Origin: Candidatus Versatilivorator sp.
Lineage (GTDB): Bacteria; Acidobacteriota; Terriglobia; Versatilivoradales; Versatilivoraceae
Direction of reading: 5' to 3'
Length of the DNA: 64,000 bases
NCBI GenBank assembly: GCA_965207735.1
Contig: OZ242296.1
Location: 3,392,001-3,456,000 of the forward strand
The position numbers were made by a program, and so were the translations under genes. Within the stretch, counting starts at the first letter, position 1, and each line of letters opens with the position of its first letter. This document shows positions 18,500 to 28,761 of the stretch, one piece after another. The notes beneath the pieces are model-generated. The model was not told where the DNA came from and ran no database searches. It saw only the letters and a program-made list of their open reading frames with translations.

Positions 18500-20191
18500 A
18501 TGACCCTGTTGGACTGGCTCATCGTGGTCGCCGCCAACGGCGCCATCGTCGGCTACGGGCTGCTGCTCTCGCGCCGCACCCGGCGCTCCTCCGACTGGCT
18601 CCTGGCCGCCAAGAGCCTCCCTTGGTGGATGGTGGGCCTGTCGATGTTCGCCACCGCCGTGGACAGCGGGGATTACGTGGCCGTGGTCGGCGGGGCCTAC
18701 ACCTTCGGGCTCTCCAACCTGGCCACCTGGTGGCTGGGGCTGCCCATCGGTTGGCTGGTGGCGGCCTACTTCGTATTCCTGCCGCTCTACCGCGGGGGCA
18801 TGTTCACCAATGCCGAGTACCTGGAATACCGCTTCGGTCCGGCGGCCCGGTTCTTGAGCGCCTTCATTCAGATTCAGAACCGCACAAACGTTCTGGGCAA
18901 TATCGCCTTCTCGCTCTACCTCACCTTTTCGATCCTGACCCATTGGGGGAGTTCAGCCTGGTGGCTGGTAGCAGCCATCGCCATGGCGTCTGCCCTCTAC
19001 ACGGCCACCGGCGGACTCCGATCGGTGGCCGCCACCGACGCTCTCCAGTCCATCGTGATGCTGATGGCATCGGTCCTGCTGTGGTGGGTGCTGTGGAGCG
19101 CGGTCGGGGGGTGGACGGGCCTGGAAAGCCGTTTCCAGCAGATCGATCCCCAACTGGTCGACACCATGATGCACATCGGCCGAGACGAGCCGGGGGTGCC
19201 GGCGCCCTTGATCATCTTCGGCTGGGTCATCGTCCTGACGGCCTATTGCCTGGTGAACCACTCCCAGTCCATGCGTCTGCTGGCGGCCCGCTCGGAGTGG
19301 GACCTCAAAACCGCCGCCCTGACCGCCAGCGTGGTGACCGTGGGAGTGATGTGGTTCAACATCACCCTGGGGATTCTCGGGAGAGCGGTCATGCCGGAGC
19401 TTGCGGCGCCCGATCGGATCTACCCGCTCCTGGTGCAGGAGTACCTGACCCCCGGCCTGGTGGGCCTGGTGGTGGCGGGTGTGCTGGCGGGAGGGATTTC
19501 CACCTACGACTCCATCGGGTCCTCGCTGGCGGCCGTCTTCACCCGGGACGTCTACGCCCGGTTTCTGGTGAAGGGGCGAAAGGACGTCCACTACCTCAGG
19601 GTTTCCCGCTGGGCCACGCCCGTGATCATCGCCGCCTCCTTTCTATACATTCCCTTTCTCCAGGAAGGCATGGTTCGCTTCTATCTGCGCATCACCAGCG
19701 TGACCGTGATGCCTCTGTTCACCATGTATCTCATGGGAACCCTGACTCCGGTCCATCGCCGCGCCGGTTTGGCGGGGCTGTTAGCCGGCATCGGCTACGG
19801 CCTCAGCTCCCTGCTGGGAGAGGCGCTGGACTGGCCTCTGCCGCTGTGGTGGACCAATACCTGGTGGGCCTATCTCTGGAGTCCGCTGGTCAGCGCCGGG
19901 ACCATGCTGGGGCTGAGTTGGCGATGGGGGTGGATGTCGGACCGGGAGCTGCAGGGGCTTACCTTCCGCTTTGGCGAAGGAGACCCGTCCGACCACAAGT
20001 CCCGGACCCCGGAGCCTCTGGCGGCAACCCGGGGGACCTGGCTGGAGGAGTCCCGCCAGGAGTTGTCCTCCGCGCCCAAGTATCCCTTCGACGTCCCACC
20101 GGGGGGATTGCCCTGGTATGGTCAACCCTCGACCTGGAACGGGCTGTTTCTGGCGCTGGTCGCCTATCTGGCCCTGGTGGTTCTGTGGTGA
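18500..20191 (+). CDS. Sodium:solute symporter family transporter
   Basis: LPWWMVGLSMFATAVD, TNAEYLEYRFG and GGLRSVAATDALQ; multiple TM helices. Confidence 0.88.
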   Translation: MTLLDWLIVVAANGAIVGYGLLLSRRTRRSSDWLLAAKSLPWWMVGLSMFATAVDSGDYVAVVGGAYTFGLSNLATWWLGLPIGWLVAAYFVFLPLYRGGMFTNAEYLEYRFGPAARFLSAFIQIQNRTNVLGNIAFSLYLTFSILTHWGSSAWWLVAAIAMASALYTATGGLRSVAATDALQSIVMLMASVLLWWVLWSAVGGWTGLESRFQQIDPQLVDTMMHIGRDEPGVPAPLIIFGWVIVLTAYCLVNHSQSMRLLAARSEWDLKTAALTASVVTVGVMWFNITLGILGRAVMPELAAPDRIYPLLVQEYLTPGLVGLVVAGVLAGGISTYDSIGSSLAAVFTRDVYARFLVKGRKDVHYLRVSRWATPVIIAASFLYIPFLQEGMVRFYLRITSVTVMPLFTMYLMGTLTPVHRRAGLAGLLAGIGYGLSSLLGEALDWPLPLWWTNTWWAYLWSPLVSAGTMLGLSWRWGWMSDRELQGLTFRFGEGDPSDHKSRTPEPLAATRGTWLEESRQELSSAPKYPFDVPPGGLPWYGQPSTWNGLFLALVAYLALVVLW

Positions 20192-20295
20192 TGCTCCCCG
20201 GCCTGGGAAACTCCGGCAGCATCCTTGGCAAAAACGGGCCCGGAACCGGAAGATTGCCGGGCCCAAGGAGAGGAAGTCAGACAGAGGTGCGGCCC

Positions 20296-20631
20296 TCATT
20301 GGCCGGTTTTGGCCTTGCAGACCACGTGAGACTTGAGCCGCTCGAGAGTCTTGTCACCGATGCCCTTCACCCGCTTCAGCTCCTGAATCGACTTGAAAGG
20401 CCGGGCCTCGATGATCCGCTTGGCCATTTGCGGTCCGATTCCAGGCAGCGAAACCAGTTGCTTTGCGGTGGCCGTGTTGATGTCGACGGCCTTGGACGGT
20501 AGTTTCCCGGCCCCGTTCTTCTGCGGGGTGTTGGCTTGGCTATTGACCGGCTCCGCCTGAGCCGGGCCGGCGATGGATGCCAGCGCAAGCAGCAAGGTCA
20601 AACAGACGATCGACAAAATGTGCTTTCTCAT
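20296..20631 (-). CDS. ComEA-like helix-hairpin-helix DNA-binding protein, secreted
   Basis: DINTAT..QL.SLPGIG...A..II..RPF....L.RVKGIG; signal peptide MRKHILSIV...AQA. Confidence 0.85.
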   Translation of the reverse strand: MRKHILSIVCLTLLLALASIAGPAQAEPVNSQANTPQKNGAGKLPSKAVDINTATAKQLVSLPGIGPQMAKRIIEARPFKSIQELKRVKGIGDKTLERLKSHVVCKAKTGQ

Positions 20632-20854
20632 GCAAATCCCCCTTTTGCTTCGGTTGGCAGGGAAGCATCGACCCGCGGACGCACTCGGGCGCAAACCGGG
20701 CGACCGGTCCTGCTGTGCAGGCCGCGACGACGAACCTCACTGCCAGGTATTTGGAAGGTGTTTGGTTTTCGAGGGAGAGGCGCTAGGCTATACCCGGCCT
20801 TTCGGGATGTCAACAGAAAAGGCCGACACAGAGAAGGCCGTTTGGAGTTGACCT

Positions 20855-22363
20855 ATGGCCCCTATCGACTGGATTGTGGTTGCAGCCTACCTGGTGGTTG
20901 TCGCCTGGCTGGGAACCCGCCTGGCCCGACGGCAGACCGACACCGAAGCCTACTTCATCGGCGGGCGGGCCATCCCCTGGTGGGCCGTGGGCTGCTCCTT
21001 CTTTGGAACTTCCATCAGCACCGCGACCTTCATTGCTCTGCCCGGACAGGCTTACGGCGGCGACTGGCGGCCCCATCTCGCCAACTTGATGCTGCCGCTG
21101 GCCGCCATCTTCATCGCCCTGGTGGTGATCCCCTTCTACCGGCAGCACGTCCGGATGAGCGCCTACGAGTTCCTGGAGGAGCGCTTCGGCTACGGCGCCC
21201 GCTGCTACACCTCCTGCTTCTATCTGATCAGCCGTCTGTTCCGCTCCGGACTGGTCCTTTTCTTGATGGCCAAGGCTATCAGCGCCATGACCGGATGGAG
21301 CCCCTTCACCATTGTCCTGGTCAGCGGCGTCATCGCCCTGGTCTACACCATACTGGGAGGCCTGGAGGCTGTGATCTGGACCGACGTGATCCAGTCGGTG
21401 ACCCTGTTCGGCGGGGGACTCTTCTGCGTAGCGCTCCTATGGTTCGGGGAGGACGGAAGCACCCAGCTTCTGAGCGTCGCCCAGGAATCGGACAAGTTCA
21501 GGATGGTGGACTGGTCGCTGGATCTGAGCGAAATGACCGTCCTGGTTACCCTCGCCTACGGCGCCTTCGGCTTCCTCAGCAACTACACCGTCCAGCAGGA
21601 TGCCGCCCAGCGATATCTGGCCTCGCCTTCGACTCGCGAAGCCCAGAAAGCCATCTGGTTCGGAGCCATTGGCTGCGTGGTGACCTGGAACCTCTTCATG
21701 CTGATCGGCAGCCTGCTCTTTTCCTACTACAGCCTGCACCCTGCCGAGCTGCCGGCTCACATTGCAGCCAGCGAAACCGAGGTGTTCCCCTACTTCGTGG
21801 TGACCCGGATTCCGGCAGGGATGACCGGGGTGATCCTGGCCGGCATGTGCGCCGCCGCCATGTCCAGCCTGGACACCATGATCAACAGCATGGCCATGGT
21901 CACGGTCCGGGACTTCTACCTCCACTTCCGGCCCAAGGCCAGCGACCGTTCCCAGTTGATGCTGGGCCGGGCCGCCTCGGCGTTTTGGGGAGTGCTCGGT
22001 CTAGGGGTGGGACTGGTGCTGCTGCTGGGTGTGGAACAAGCGCTCCAGTTCAGCTTTACCGTCTTCTCGATTCTGGGCGGAGGGTTGTTCGGAATGTTCC
22101 TGCTGGCCTTCTTCGTGAAACGGGCCCATGCCCTGGGCGTCTACCTGGGCCTGGCCTGCGGGGTGTTGATCTCTGCCTGGACCCTGATCGACCAAGCCCT
22201 GGCGGCGGCGGGCGCTGAGCTGGGATTGGCCTGGGCCGCCCAACTCGCCGAGACGCTACGCTATCCCTTCCATCCCTGGCTGACCCTCTTCCTGGCCAAC
22301 TTGGTCTCCTTTACCGTCGGCTGGGCCGCCAGCCTCATCCTCCCGGACGTTCGGAAGCGGTAA
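20855..22363 (+). CDS. Sodium:solute symporter family transporter
   Basis: YFIGGR.IPWW, SAYEFLEERFG, GGLEAVIWTDVIQ, AQRYLA and AAMSSLD motifs. Confidence 0.92.
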   Translation: MAPIDWIVVAAYLVVVAWLGTRLARRQTDTEAYFIGGRAIPWWAVGCSFFGTSISTATFIALPGQAYGGDWRPHLANLMLPLAAIFIALVVIPFYRQHVRMSAYEFLEERFGYGARCYTSCFYLISRLFRSGLVLFLMAKAISAMTGWSPFTIVLVSGVIALVYTILGGLEAVIWTDVIQSVTLFGGGLFCVALLWFGEDGSTQLLSVAQESDKFRMVDWSLDLSEMTVLVTLAYGAFGFLSNYTVQQDAAQRYLASPSTREAQKAIWFGAIGCVVTWNLFMLIGSLLFSYYSLHPAELPAHIAASETEVFPYFVVTRIPAGMTGVILAGMCAAAMSSLDTMINSMAMVTVRDFYLHFRPKASDRSQLMLGRAASAFWGVLGLGVGLVLLLGVEQALQFSFTVFSILGGGLFGMFLLAFFVKRAHALGVYLGLACGVLISAWTLIDQALAAAGAELGLAWAAQLAETLRYPFHPWLTLFLANLVSFTVGWAASLILPDVRKR

Positions 22364-22601
22364 AATTTCGAGTGAGCGCAGTGAAGTCCTACATGTAACG
22401 GAGAAGATCCGGTCAGGCCTTCCGACATCCTATCGCCCCGCAATCAACGTCCGTTCCAACAACCGTCGATATTCTTCCAACCCCATCATGCCTATCCGTA
22501 CTCTTTCCAAAAAAATAGTGAAGGAGGAAGCCAACGCCGCATGTACACTGGATGAACCGCAAGGGAACGACATCTGACTCACAACGCCCAACGGAGGAGA
22601 A

Positions 22602-22889
22602 ATGGCCGCTTACGTAATCATCGATGCCAGAGTGACAAATGAAGCCGCGTTCCGAACCCACCTCGAAAAGGTGCCGGCAATCGTCAAGGCTCACGGCGGC
22701 AGGTACTTGGTGCGCGGCGGGGCTCATGAAGTCATCCGGGGCAACTGGACACCGGACCGCCTCGTCGTGCTCGAATTCGACAGCTTCCAACAGGCAAAGG
22801 AGTGGCAGACAGCGCCGGACTACGCCGACCTCAGAGAGGATCTCAACAGGTTCGCCGAGACCAATGTCGTCGTCGTAGAGGGAGTGTAG
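22602..22889 (+). CDS. DUF1330 domain protein
   Basis: AYVI...HGGRYLVRGG...VVLEFDS...A..W...DY...VVVEG; GGAGG RBS. Confidence 0.88.
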   Translation: MAAYVIIDARVTNEAAFRTHLEKVPAIVKAHGGRYLVRGGAHEVIRGNWTPDRLVVLEFDSFQQAKEWQTAPDYADLREDLNRFAETNVVVVEGV

Positions 22890-23010
22890 AAGCTGTCGAG
22901 GATCGTTGTTGCAACCGAAGTGCCTGGTGGCGGGATCGGTTCTCCTGCTGGCGAGCTTTGCGCAGCAGGCACCGGCCAGAAATTCGTTTGGCAGCAACCT
23001 GCGGCTGCGG

Positions 23011-24369
23011 TCAAACCCGCTTGAATCGCCAGCCGTACAGGGTGCGGCCGTAGAAATTGAACCACTTCCTGGCTTCGGGATCTTCGAAGGGATACCCGGC
23101 GCCCAGCTGCCTGGCCGCTGCGAGACCGGTTACGAAACAGGTCTCCTGGCTGTTGACCAGGGTGTGTGCCCCGCAGTGCCAGGATCTGCGCTTCCCTTGA
23201 ATGAACCGGAACAGGAACACCAGCAAGGCAATATGCCGGACATCGTGAACGATGTGCTGGAACCAGCGCTTCCGGATGATTTTCGACTCATCCACCGGCT
23301 TGACGGGATTGTAGGTCACCAGGCAGGGCTTGTCCGAGTTGCGAGCCCAGGGCTGCTGATTGTGCATGATGTAGGTGATCTCGTAGTTGTCCGGCCTGTC
23401 CCCGTATTGCTCGATGTGATTGCTGCGTGTTGCCAGCGGTCGGGCCTCGTTCTCCGGCAGAACCGACGCATCGGAGTGAACGATCGTATGGTTATGCAGC
23501 TCGCTCTCATAGCGTATGGTTGAGAGGAGACAGGTTTCGAAGCGGGTCGGCTTGTCCAGGATCATCAAGGTCTGATTGGCATTGCAGGCAAAAACCACCT
23601 CGTCGAAGGGCGTGGTTCGGCCTTGCGCATCCTCCACCAATACCCCCGTCTTTCGTCGATACACTTTTCGTACCGGACAGTTCAGCAAAATCTTTTCCTT
23701 GAAATCAGCTGACATAGCCTCATAGATGCGCCGGGTGCCCTGGTCCCAGGTCGTCATGGGGGTTGTGCGCTCGATATCGAAAAACTCCAGGTAATAGGAA
23801 AACAGCGCGGCCGGCATATCGAACACATTGGTCGCCATCAGGAAATTCACGAACATCGGCTTCAGGACTTTGTACCTGAAGTCCCCGGAAAACTTTCCCC
23901 AGTTGAGAACGGCCCCCATGCTCACGTAGTTGAATGGATTGAGCATGGCCAGCAGCGCCGACCTGGAGCGATTGAGGCCATTGAAAGTCTTCAGGAATTT
24001 GAGCACCTTTTGAAACCTGACGATCTCCGGCCGCAGCTTCCGGCGAATCGTCGAATCCAGATCGTGGGCGTAGATTTCATCGTGGTACTTCACGCTGTAG
24101 CTGAACCTGGTGTCGATGAGCTCAATGCCGTGCTGCTTCATGAACTGAACGATGTGGTGGTACACCGTCGGGATGCAGGCAGTCACCGAGATGTCGAACG
24201 GGATGGAAGTGCCGTCGGCCTGAGGCATATCGACCGTTACGGCATTGCCGCCGATGCGGTCGTTGGCTTCGTAGAGCCGGAAGTCGAATCGGTCCGGATG
24301 CCTGTTCAGAGCCCAGGCGACCCCCAGGCCTGAGATCCCGGCACCGATAATGGCTATTCTCTGGGGCAT
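23011..24369 (-). CDS. FAD-dependent oxidoreductase (amine-oxidase-like NAD/FAD-binding family)
   Basis: IAIIGAGISGL, EANDRIGG, VHSDASVLP and QGKRRSWHCG motifs. Confidence 0.8.
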   Translation of the reverse strand: MPQRIAIIGAGISGLGVAWALNRHPDRFDFRLYEANDRIGGNAVTVDMPQADGTSIPFDISVTACIPTVYHHIVQFMKQHGIELIDTRFSYSVKYHDEIYAHDLDSTIRRKLRPEIVRFQKVLKFLKTFNGLNRSRSALLAMLNPFNYVSMGAVLNWGKFSGDFRYKVLKPMFVNFLMATNVFDMPAALFSYYLEFFDIERTTPMTTWDQGTRRIYEAMSADFKEKILLNCPVRKVYRRKTGVLVEDAQGRTTPFDEVVFACNANQTLMILDKPTRFETCLLSTIRYESELHNHTIVHSDASVLPENEARPLATRSNHIEQYGDRPDNYEITYIMHNQQPWARNSDKPCLVTYNPVKPVDESKIIRKRWFQHIVHDVRHIALLVFLFRFIQGKRRSWHCGAHTLVNSQETCFVTGLAAARQLGAGYPFEDPEARKWFNFYGRTLYGWRFKRV

Positions 24370-24387
24370 GGGAGCAAGATCAGACCC

Positions 24388-25701
24388 TCAAGGCTTCACC
24401 AGGGAGCCGTCCATTCCCCGGACCGTGGTCCAATCGGCGTTGCGGTGGTCGTCCACCAGGGGGTAGCGACCGGCCATGGCCTCGTTGATATCGATGCCCA
24501 GCCCCGGACCGTCGCTGCCGTAGAGGTAGCCGCCGCGAATGCGGGCCGTTCCCGGCATCAGCTCGTGAACGTCTTCCGGGAAGAGGTTGTCCTCCTGGAT
24601 GCCGAAGCTGGGAATGGTCAGGTCCACGTGGTAGGCCGCCAACTGGTTCACCGGATCGTTTTCGCCGCCTTCCTGCCAAGCCGTCCGGACCCCGAACTGC
24701 TCGCAGAGGGCTGCAATCTTCTTGGCCTGGGTGATCCCTCCGATGGCGCAGACGCGACAACGGATGAAGTCGATCAGGCGCTCGGAAATCAGCGGACGCC
24801 ATTCATGGGGGTGAGTGAACAACTCTCCCATGGCCATGGGGGTGGAGGTGAGGGCGCGGATCTGCCGGAAGTAATCGATCTGCTCGGGCGGGAGGATGTC
24901 TTCCACAAAGAACATGCGAATGGGCTGCATGCGCCTGGCGAACTCCAGGGCCAGCGTCGGCGTCAGGTGCTCGTGGACGTCGTGGAGGAGCTTGACCTGC
25001 CACCCCAGCGTGTCCCGTACCTGCTCAAACATCTTGGGAACCGTCTCCAGGTAGCGTTCCTCGTCGAAGGCCGCACCCCGCAAGCCGCTCTCGGGTCGAC
25101 TCCCCTCTCCCGGCGGCAGGAAGCCGCCTCCGCCGTAGCCGCCTCCGCCCATCTGAACACGAATGTGCCGAAAACCCTGCTCCATGTAAGCCTGCACGTT
25201 TTCCACGCAGGCTTCGGGGGTCTCGCCGCTGGCGTGGGCGTAGAGGGGGACCGCGTCCCTGACCTTTCCACCCAGAAGCTGATAGAGAGGCATGTTGGCC
25301 CGCTTGCCCTTGATGTCCCACAGGGCCATATCCAGAGCCGCCTGGGCAACGTTGGTGATAGTTCCGTTGCGCCAATAGGAACGCACATGGGTCCACTGCC
25401 ACAGGTCTTCGATTCGCTCGGGATCCTTGCCCACCCAGAAGGGTCCCAGGTGTTTTTCGATGGCGGCCTTGACGGCCCAAGACAGGTAGGCGTTGTTGGC
25501 AGACCCCAGCCCGTAGAGTCCAGGCTCGCTGGTGATGACCTTGACGAAGACCCAGGAATAGTGGGGTCGCGGGCTGGTGGCGATGACCTTGACGTCCCGG
25601 ATCTTCAGTGGAGGCAATCCGCGGGTGGCCTGGGCGTAGGGTTCGGCGGCCCACCAGGGGTTCACCAGGGCCGTCTTGAGAATCTCCCTGCGGTTGAGCA
25701 T
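24388..25701 (-). CDS. Enolase-superfamily acid-sugar dehydratase (mannonate dehydratase/RspA subgroup), Tat-like leader
   Basis: IEDLWQ...YWRNG, DMALWDIKGK, RHIRVQ, LHDVHE, FVED, MGEL and PGLGIDINE motifs. Confidence 0.87.
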   Translation of the reverse strand: MLNRREILKTALVNPWWAAEPYAQATRGLPPLKIRDVKVIATSPRPHYSWVFVKVITSEPGLYGLGSANNAYLSWAVKAAIEKHLGPFWVGKDPERIEDLWQWTHVRSYWRNGTITNVAQAALDMALWDIKGKRANMPLYQLLGGKVRDAVPLYAHASGETPEACVENVQAYMEQGFRHIRVQMGGGGYGGGGFLPPGEGSRPESGLRGAAFDEERYLETVPKMFEQVRDTLGWQVKLLHDVHEHLTPTLALEFARRMQPIRMFFVEDILPPEQIDYFRQIRALTSTPMAMGELFTHPHEWRPLISERLIDFIRCRVCAIGGITQAKKIAALCEQFGVRTAWQEGGENDPVNQLAAYHVDLTIPSFGIQEDNLFPEDVHELMPGTARIRGGYLYGSDGPGLGIDINEAMAGRYPLVDDHRNADWTTVRGMDGSLVKP

Positions 25702-25742
25702 GACGCTTGCCTCCTAAAGGAGCGTCCGGGGGCCGGTAGTGA

Positions 25743-26291
25743 CTACGGCTCCGCCAGCACCTCTTCCATGACGGCCCGGACCCGTTGCAGCCAGACCTCC
25801 CCGTGTCCGTTCAGGCTCTGCACCGACCGCCGCCCCCTGGGATCGACGAGCCAGTTTTGGGGGACCTCGCTGACGGGATGAATCTTCTCCGCCAGCTCGA
25901 AGGAGCGGATCACCGGGAAGGCGTAACCGCCGGCTTGCATGTATCCCGGCACCAGACTTGGGTCCTCATCCAGGTTGAGAGTCAGCACCTGCAGCCCGGG
26001 GACGTTTTCGAGGGCTTTGTGGAGCCTCTGCACATACGGCAGCTCCACCCGGCAGGGGGCGCACCAGGTAGCCCAGACGTTGATCAGAGTCACCTTCCCC
26101 TTCAGGTCCGAAAGCGTCCAAGTCCGTCCCTCGAGGTCCTTCAGCTTGAACTCGGGCAGCGGCCGTTCGAACCTCAGCCTTTTCGAGCGGCTGGGCCTTC
26201 GGCTCTCCGCGGCTTCGGAGGGAGGATCTGCAGGGAGCAGCAGCAACCCCAAAGCCGCCGCCGTCAGAAAGCGGAAGGTGGAGTGAATCAT
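25743..26291 (-). CDS. TlpA-family thiol-disulfide oxidoreductase
   Basis: LKGKVTLINVWATWCAPCRVELP; signal peptide. Confidence 0.88.
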   Translation of the reverse strand: MIHSTFRFLTAAALGLLLLPADPPSEAAESRRPSRSKRLRFERPLPEFKLKDLEGRTWTLSDLKGKVTLINVWATWCAPCRVELPYVQRLHKALENVPGLQVLTLNLDEDPSLVPGYMQAGGYAFPVIRSFELAEKIHPVSEVPQNWLVDPRGRRSVQSLNGHGEVWLQRVRAVMEEVLAEP

Positions 26292-26553
26292 CGGTTCTCG
26301 CGATCGGCCAGCAAAAGAGCCTCTAGCATAAGGCTTTATGTACGACTGTGCCAGCCGGAAATCGTCAGGAGACGGGCGAGCGGAGAGACCTCGTTCAACC
26401 CTTCTGCCTGCTTTGCACAAAGGCCGGGCGAGACCGGAAGCAGCCCAAAAAGGTCGGAGTCCCTCTCAGAGACTATGCCACGGACAAACCGGGTGATACT
26501 CTCCCCTGAGGAACAATCCTGTGCAACAGGGGATCGAGTGAGAGGCGGTTGAG

Positions 26554-26994
26554 ATGGGATCGAAGCTGCGAGACCTGCGGATTTCACCGAGGCGTCTGCT
26601 GCCTGCCGGGTTGCTGAGTGCGACGTTCTCCCGCTCGGGAGGACCGGGGGGCCAGAACGTCAACAAGGTGGAGACCAGGGTGGACCTTCGGATGGACCTG
26701 GAAGGCGCCGCCGATGTCATTGGCCGACCCTCGGTGGAACGCATCCGAACCAAGCTGGCGACCCGCCTGGACAGGCACGGCAATCTGCGGGTCGTCAGCA
26801 GCAAGCACCGCCTCCAGGGTCAAAACCTGGAAGCGGCTCTGGACAGGATGGAGACCCTGATCCGGGAGGCCCTGGCGCGTCCCCGGAAGCGCCTCCCCAC
26901 CGAGCCCACCGGAACCAGCCGCGAACGGCGGCTCGCCGCCAAGAAGCGAAAAGGGCGCTTGAAGCAGAACCGCACCGCACCGCCAGAGGACTAG
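26554..26994 (+). CDS. arfB: Alternative ribosome rescue peptidyl-tRNA hydrolase ArfB
   Basis: FSRSGGPGGQNVNKV and a basic C-terminal tail R.PT.PT..SRERRL..KK. Confidence 0.9.
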   Translation: MGSKLRDLRISPRRLLPAGLLSATFSRSGGPGGQNVNKVETRVDLRMDLEGAADVIGRPSVERIRTKLATRLDRHGNLRVVSSKHRLQGQNLEAALDRMETLIREALARPRKRLPTEPTGTSRERRLAAKKRKGRLKQNRTAPPED

Positions 26995-27006
26995 CAAACT
27001 CCCCGC

Positions 27007-27807
27007 TCACTCCAATTCACCTTCCAGTTCGTCCGGCTTTTTCCCCCAATGGATGATGTCCGCCAGGGCGCGGGTGGTGCGGGCCGGGTCGGAACTCTGC
27101 CACACGTTGCGCCCCAGAGCCACCCCGGCGGCTCCACAATCCATGGCCTCTCCGACCATTTCCAGCAGGTCCCGGGTGGTCCCCTTCCTGGGGCCTCCCG
27201 CCACTACCACCGGAACCGGACAGAACGCCACCAGCTTCTCGAAAGTCCGGGGGTCTCCCGTATAGGAGGTCTTGACGATGTCGGCGCCCAGTTCGGCCCC
27301 GGCGCGAGCAGCCAGCAACTCGGCCTCGGCGCCCCGCTGCTTCAGCAACTCCTCGGTCGGGTACATCATGGCCAGCAGGGGGAGGCTCCAGCGCTGGCAC
27401 TCCTCGGCCACCTGGCGGAAGTTGTCGAGCATGTGCCGCTCGTGAGGCGAGCCCACCATGACCTGAACCGAGATGGCGTCGGCCGCCTGCTTCAGAGCGT
27501 ACTCGACGCTGCCGATCAGGGTGAGGTCGTTTTCGCCGGTGATGATGTTGGACAGATTGAAGACCGAGCCGCAACGGTTGGCGTATTCGGGGTAGAGGTT
27601 TCCCGCCATGCCGGCATTGAAGATGACGGCGTCCGCCCCCCCGGCCACCACTCGCCGCACCGTTTCACGGGGGTCCTCGATGCCCGCCACGGGGCCCAGG
27701 ATGACGCCATGATCCAGCGGGATCATCACCGTTTTGCCGGTAGCGGGATTGACGATGCGGTCGTAGCGCACCTTCTTGCCGACGTCGAAGGTTCGTTCGT
27801 TGCTCAT
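27007..27807 (-). CDS. Class I (DhnA-type) aldolase
   Basis: PLDHG, GAELGADIVKT, VVAGGP and GRNVWQ motifs. Confidence 0.88.
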   Translation of the reverse strand: MSNERTFDVGKKVRYDRIVNPATGKTVMIPLDHGVILGPVAGIEDPRETVRRVVAGGADAVIFNAGMAGNLYPEYANRCGSVFNLSNIITGENDLTLIGSVEYALKQAADAISVQVMVGSPHERHMLDNFRQVAEECQRWSLPLLAMMYPTEELLKQRGAEAELLAARAGAELGADIVKTSYTGDPRTFEKLVAFCPVPVVVAGGPRKGTTRDLLEMVGEAMDCGAAGVALGRNVWQSSDPARTTRALADIIHWGKKPDELEGELE

Positions 27808-28754
27808 GGGTGGCCCCCTTCCGGCTCATCCGTCTGAAAGTAGCGTGAATTGCGATCCCGGAGAAATCGATGGGCCTGTTGCCGATCGGGAATGCCGGTT
27901 CGCCCCCCCAGCCGCGTGCACTTGATGGCGGCTACCGCCGAGGCGAACTCAACCGTTTTCACCAGTTCCCACTGCTGCAACATCCCGTAGATAAAGGCGC
28001 CGTGGAAGACATCGCCCGCTCCGGTGGTATCCACCACCTCCACCCGGAAGGCGGGATGGTGGAACCTGCGCCCCTCGGCCTGTCCGCGGCAGCCCTGTTC
28101 CCCCAGGGTGACCAGCACCACCGTTGGGCCGTAGTCCAGGAGGCAATCGATGGCCAAGTCCACATCTTCGGTCTTGGCAAACGAGCCGGCAAAGGCCAGC
28201 GAGGCAATCAGGATGTCGGTTTGCCGCAGCAGTTCGGAAATGTCGCCTTCCAGGGCCAGGACATCGGCATCCAGCACCACCGGCACCCCTGCATGCCGTG
28301 CCCGCCCGGCGGCTTCCAGCGCGGCCGACCGGTGAACCCCGTCCAGATGCAGGACCCCGGCCTGCTCGATTAACTGCGTTGGCAGTTGCGACGGCTGCAA
28401 CTCGCTGTAGGTGGGCACGCAGGCCAGGATGCTGCGTTGCCCGGTGGCTCGGTCCACCAGCACAACCGAGGCCTGGGAGAGTGCGCCCGGTTCCACCAGG
28501 AGGTGCCGGGTGTCGATTCCGTATTGGTCCAACTCCCGGCGGATGAAATTGCCGAAGGCGTCGTCACCGACTTTGCCGGCACAGGCTACCGAGCACCCCA
28601 ATCGCGCCAGGGTGACCAAAGCGGTGGCCACCTCGCCGCCTCCCTGCTGCCGGGTCTCCAGCATGCGGATCTCCTCGTCCGGCCCCGGCATGTGCGGCAC
28701 CACACCCAGCAGGTCAAAGCAGCAACACCCCAATCCCACCACGTCAACCATCAA
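27804..28754 (-). CDS. PfkB family carbohydrate kinase
   Basis: GGGEVATA, VGDDAFG, TLGEQG and DTTGAGDVFHG; stop overlaps the aldolase start. Confidence 0.9.
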   Translation of the reverse strand: MMVDVVGLGCCCFDLLGVVPHMPGPDEEIRMLETRQQGGGEVATALVTLARLGCSVACAGKVGDDAFGNFIRRELDQYGIDTRHLLVEPGALSQASVVLVDRATGQRSILACVPTYSELQPSQLPTQLIEQAGVLHLDGVHRSAALEAAGRARHAGVPVVLDADVLALEGDISELLRQTDILIASLAFAGSFAKTEDVDLAIDCLLDYGPTVVLVTLGEQGCRGQAEGRRFHHPAFRVEVVDTTGAGDVFHGAFIYGMLQQWELVKTVEFASAVAAIKCTRLGGRTGIPDRQQAHRFLRDRNSRYFQTDEPEGGHP

Positions 28755-28761
28755 GCTTTCC

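Noticed and set aside
26380-26470. Glycine-riboswitch-like words (GGAGAGACC ... CTCTCAG)
   Set aside because: The core CCGAAG element and pairing are missing, and the downstream gene (arfB) does not fit
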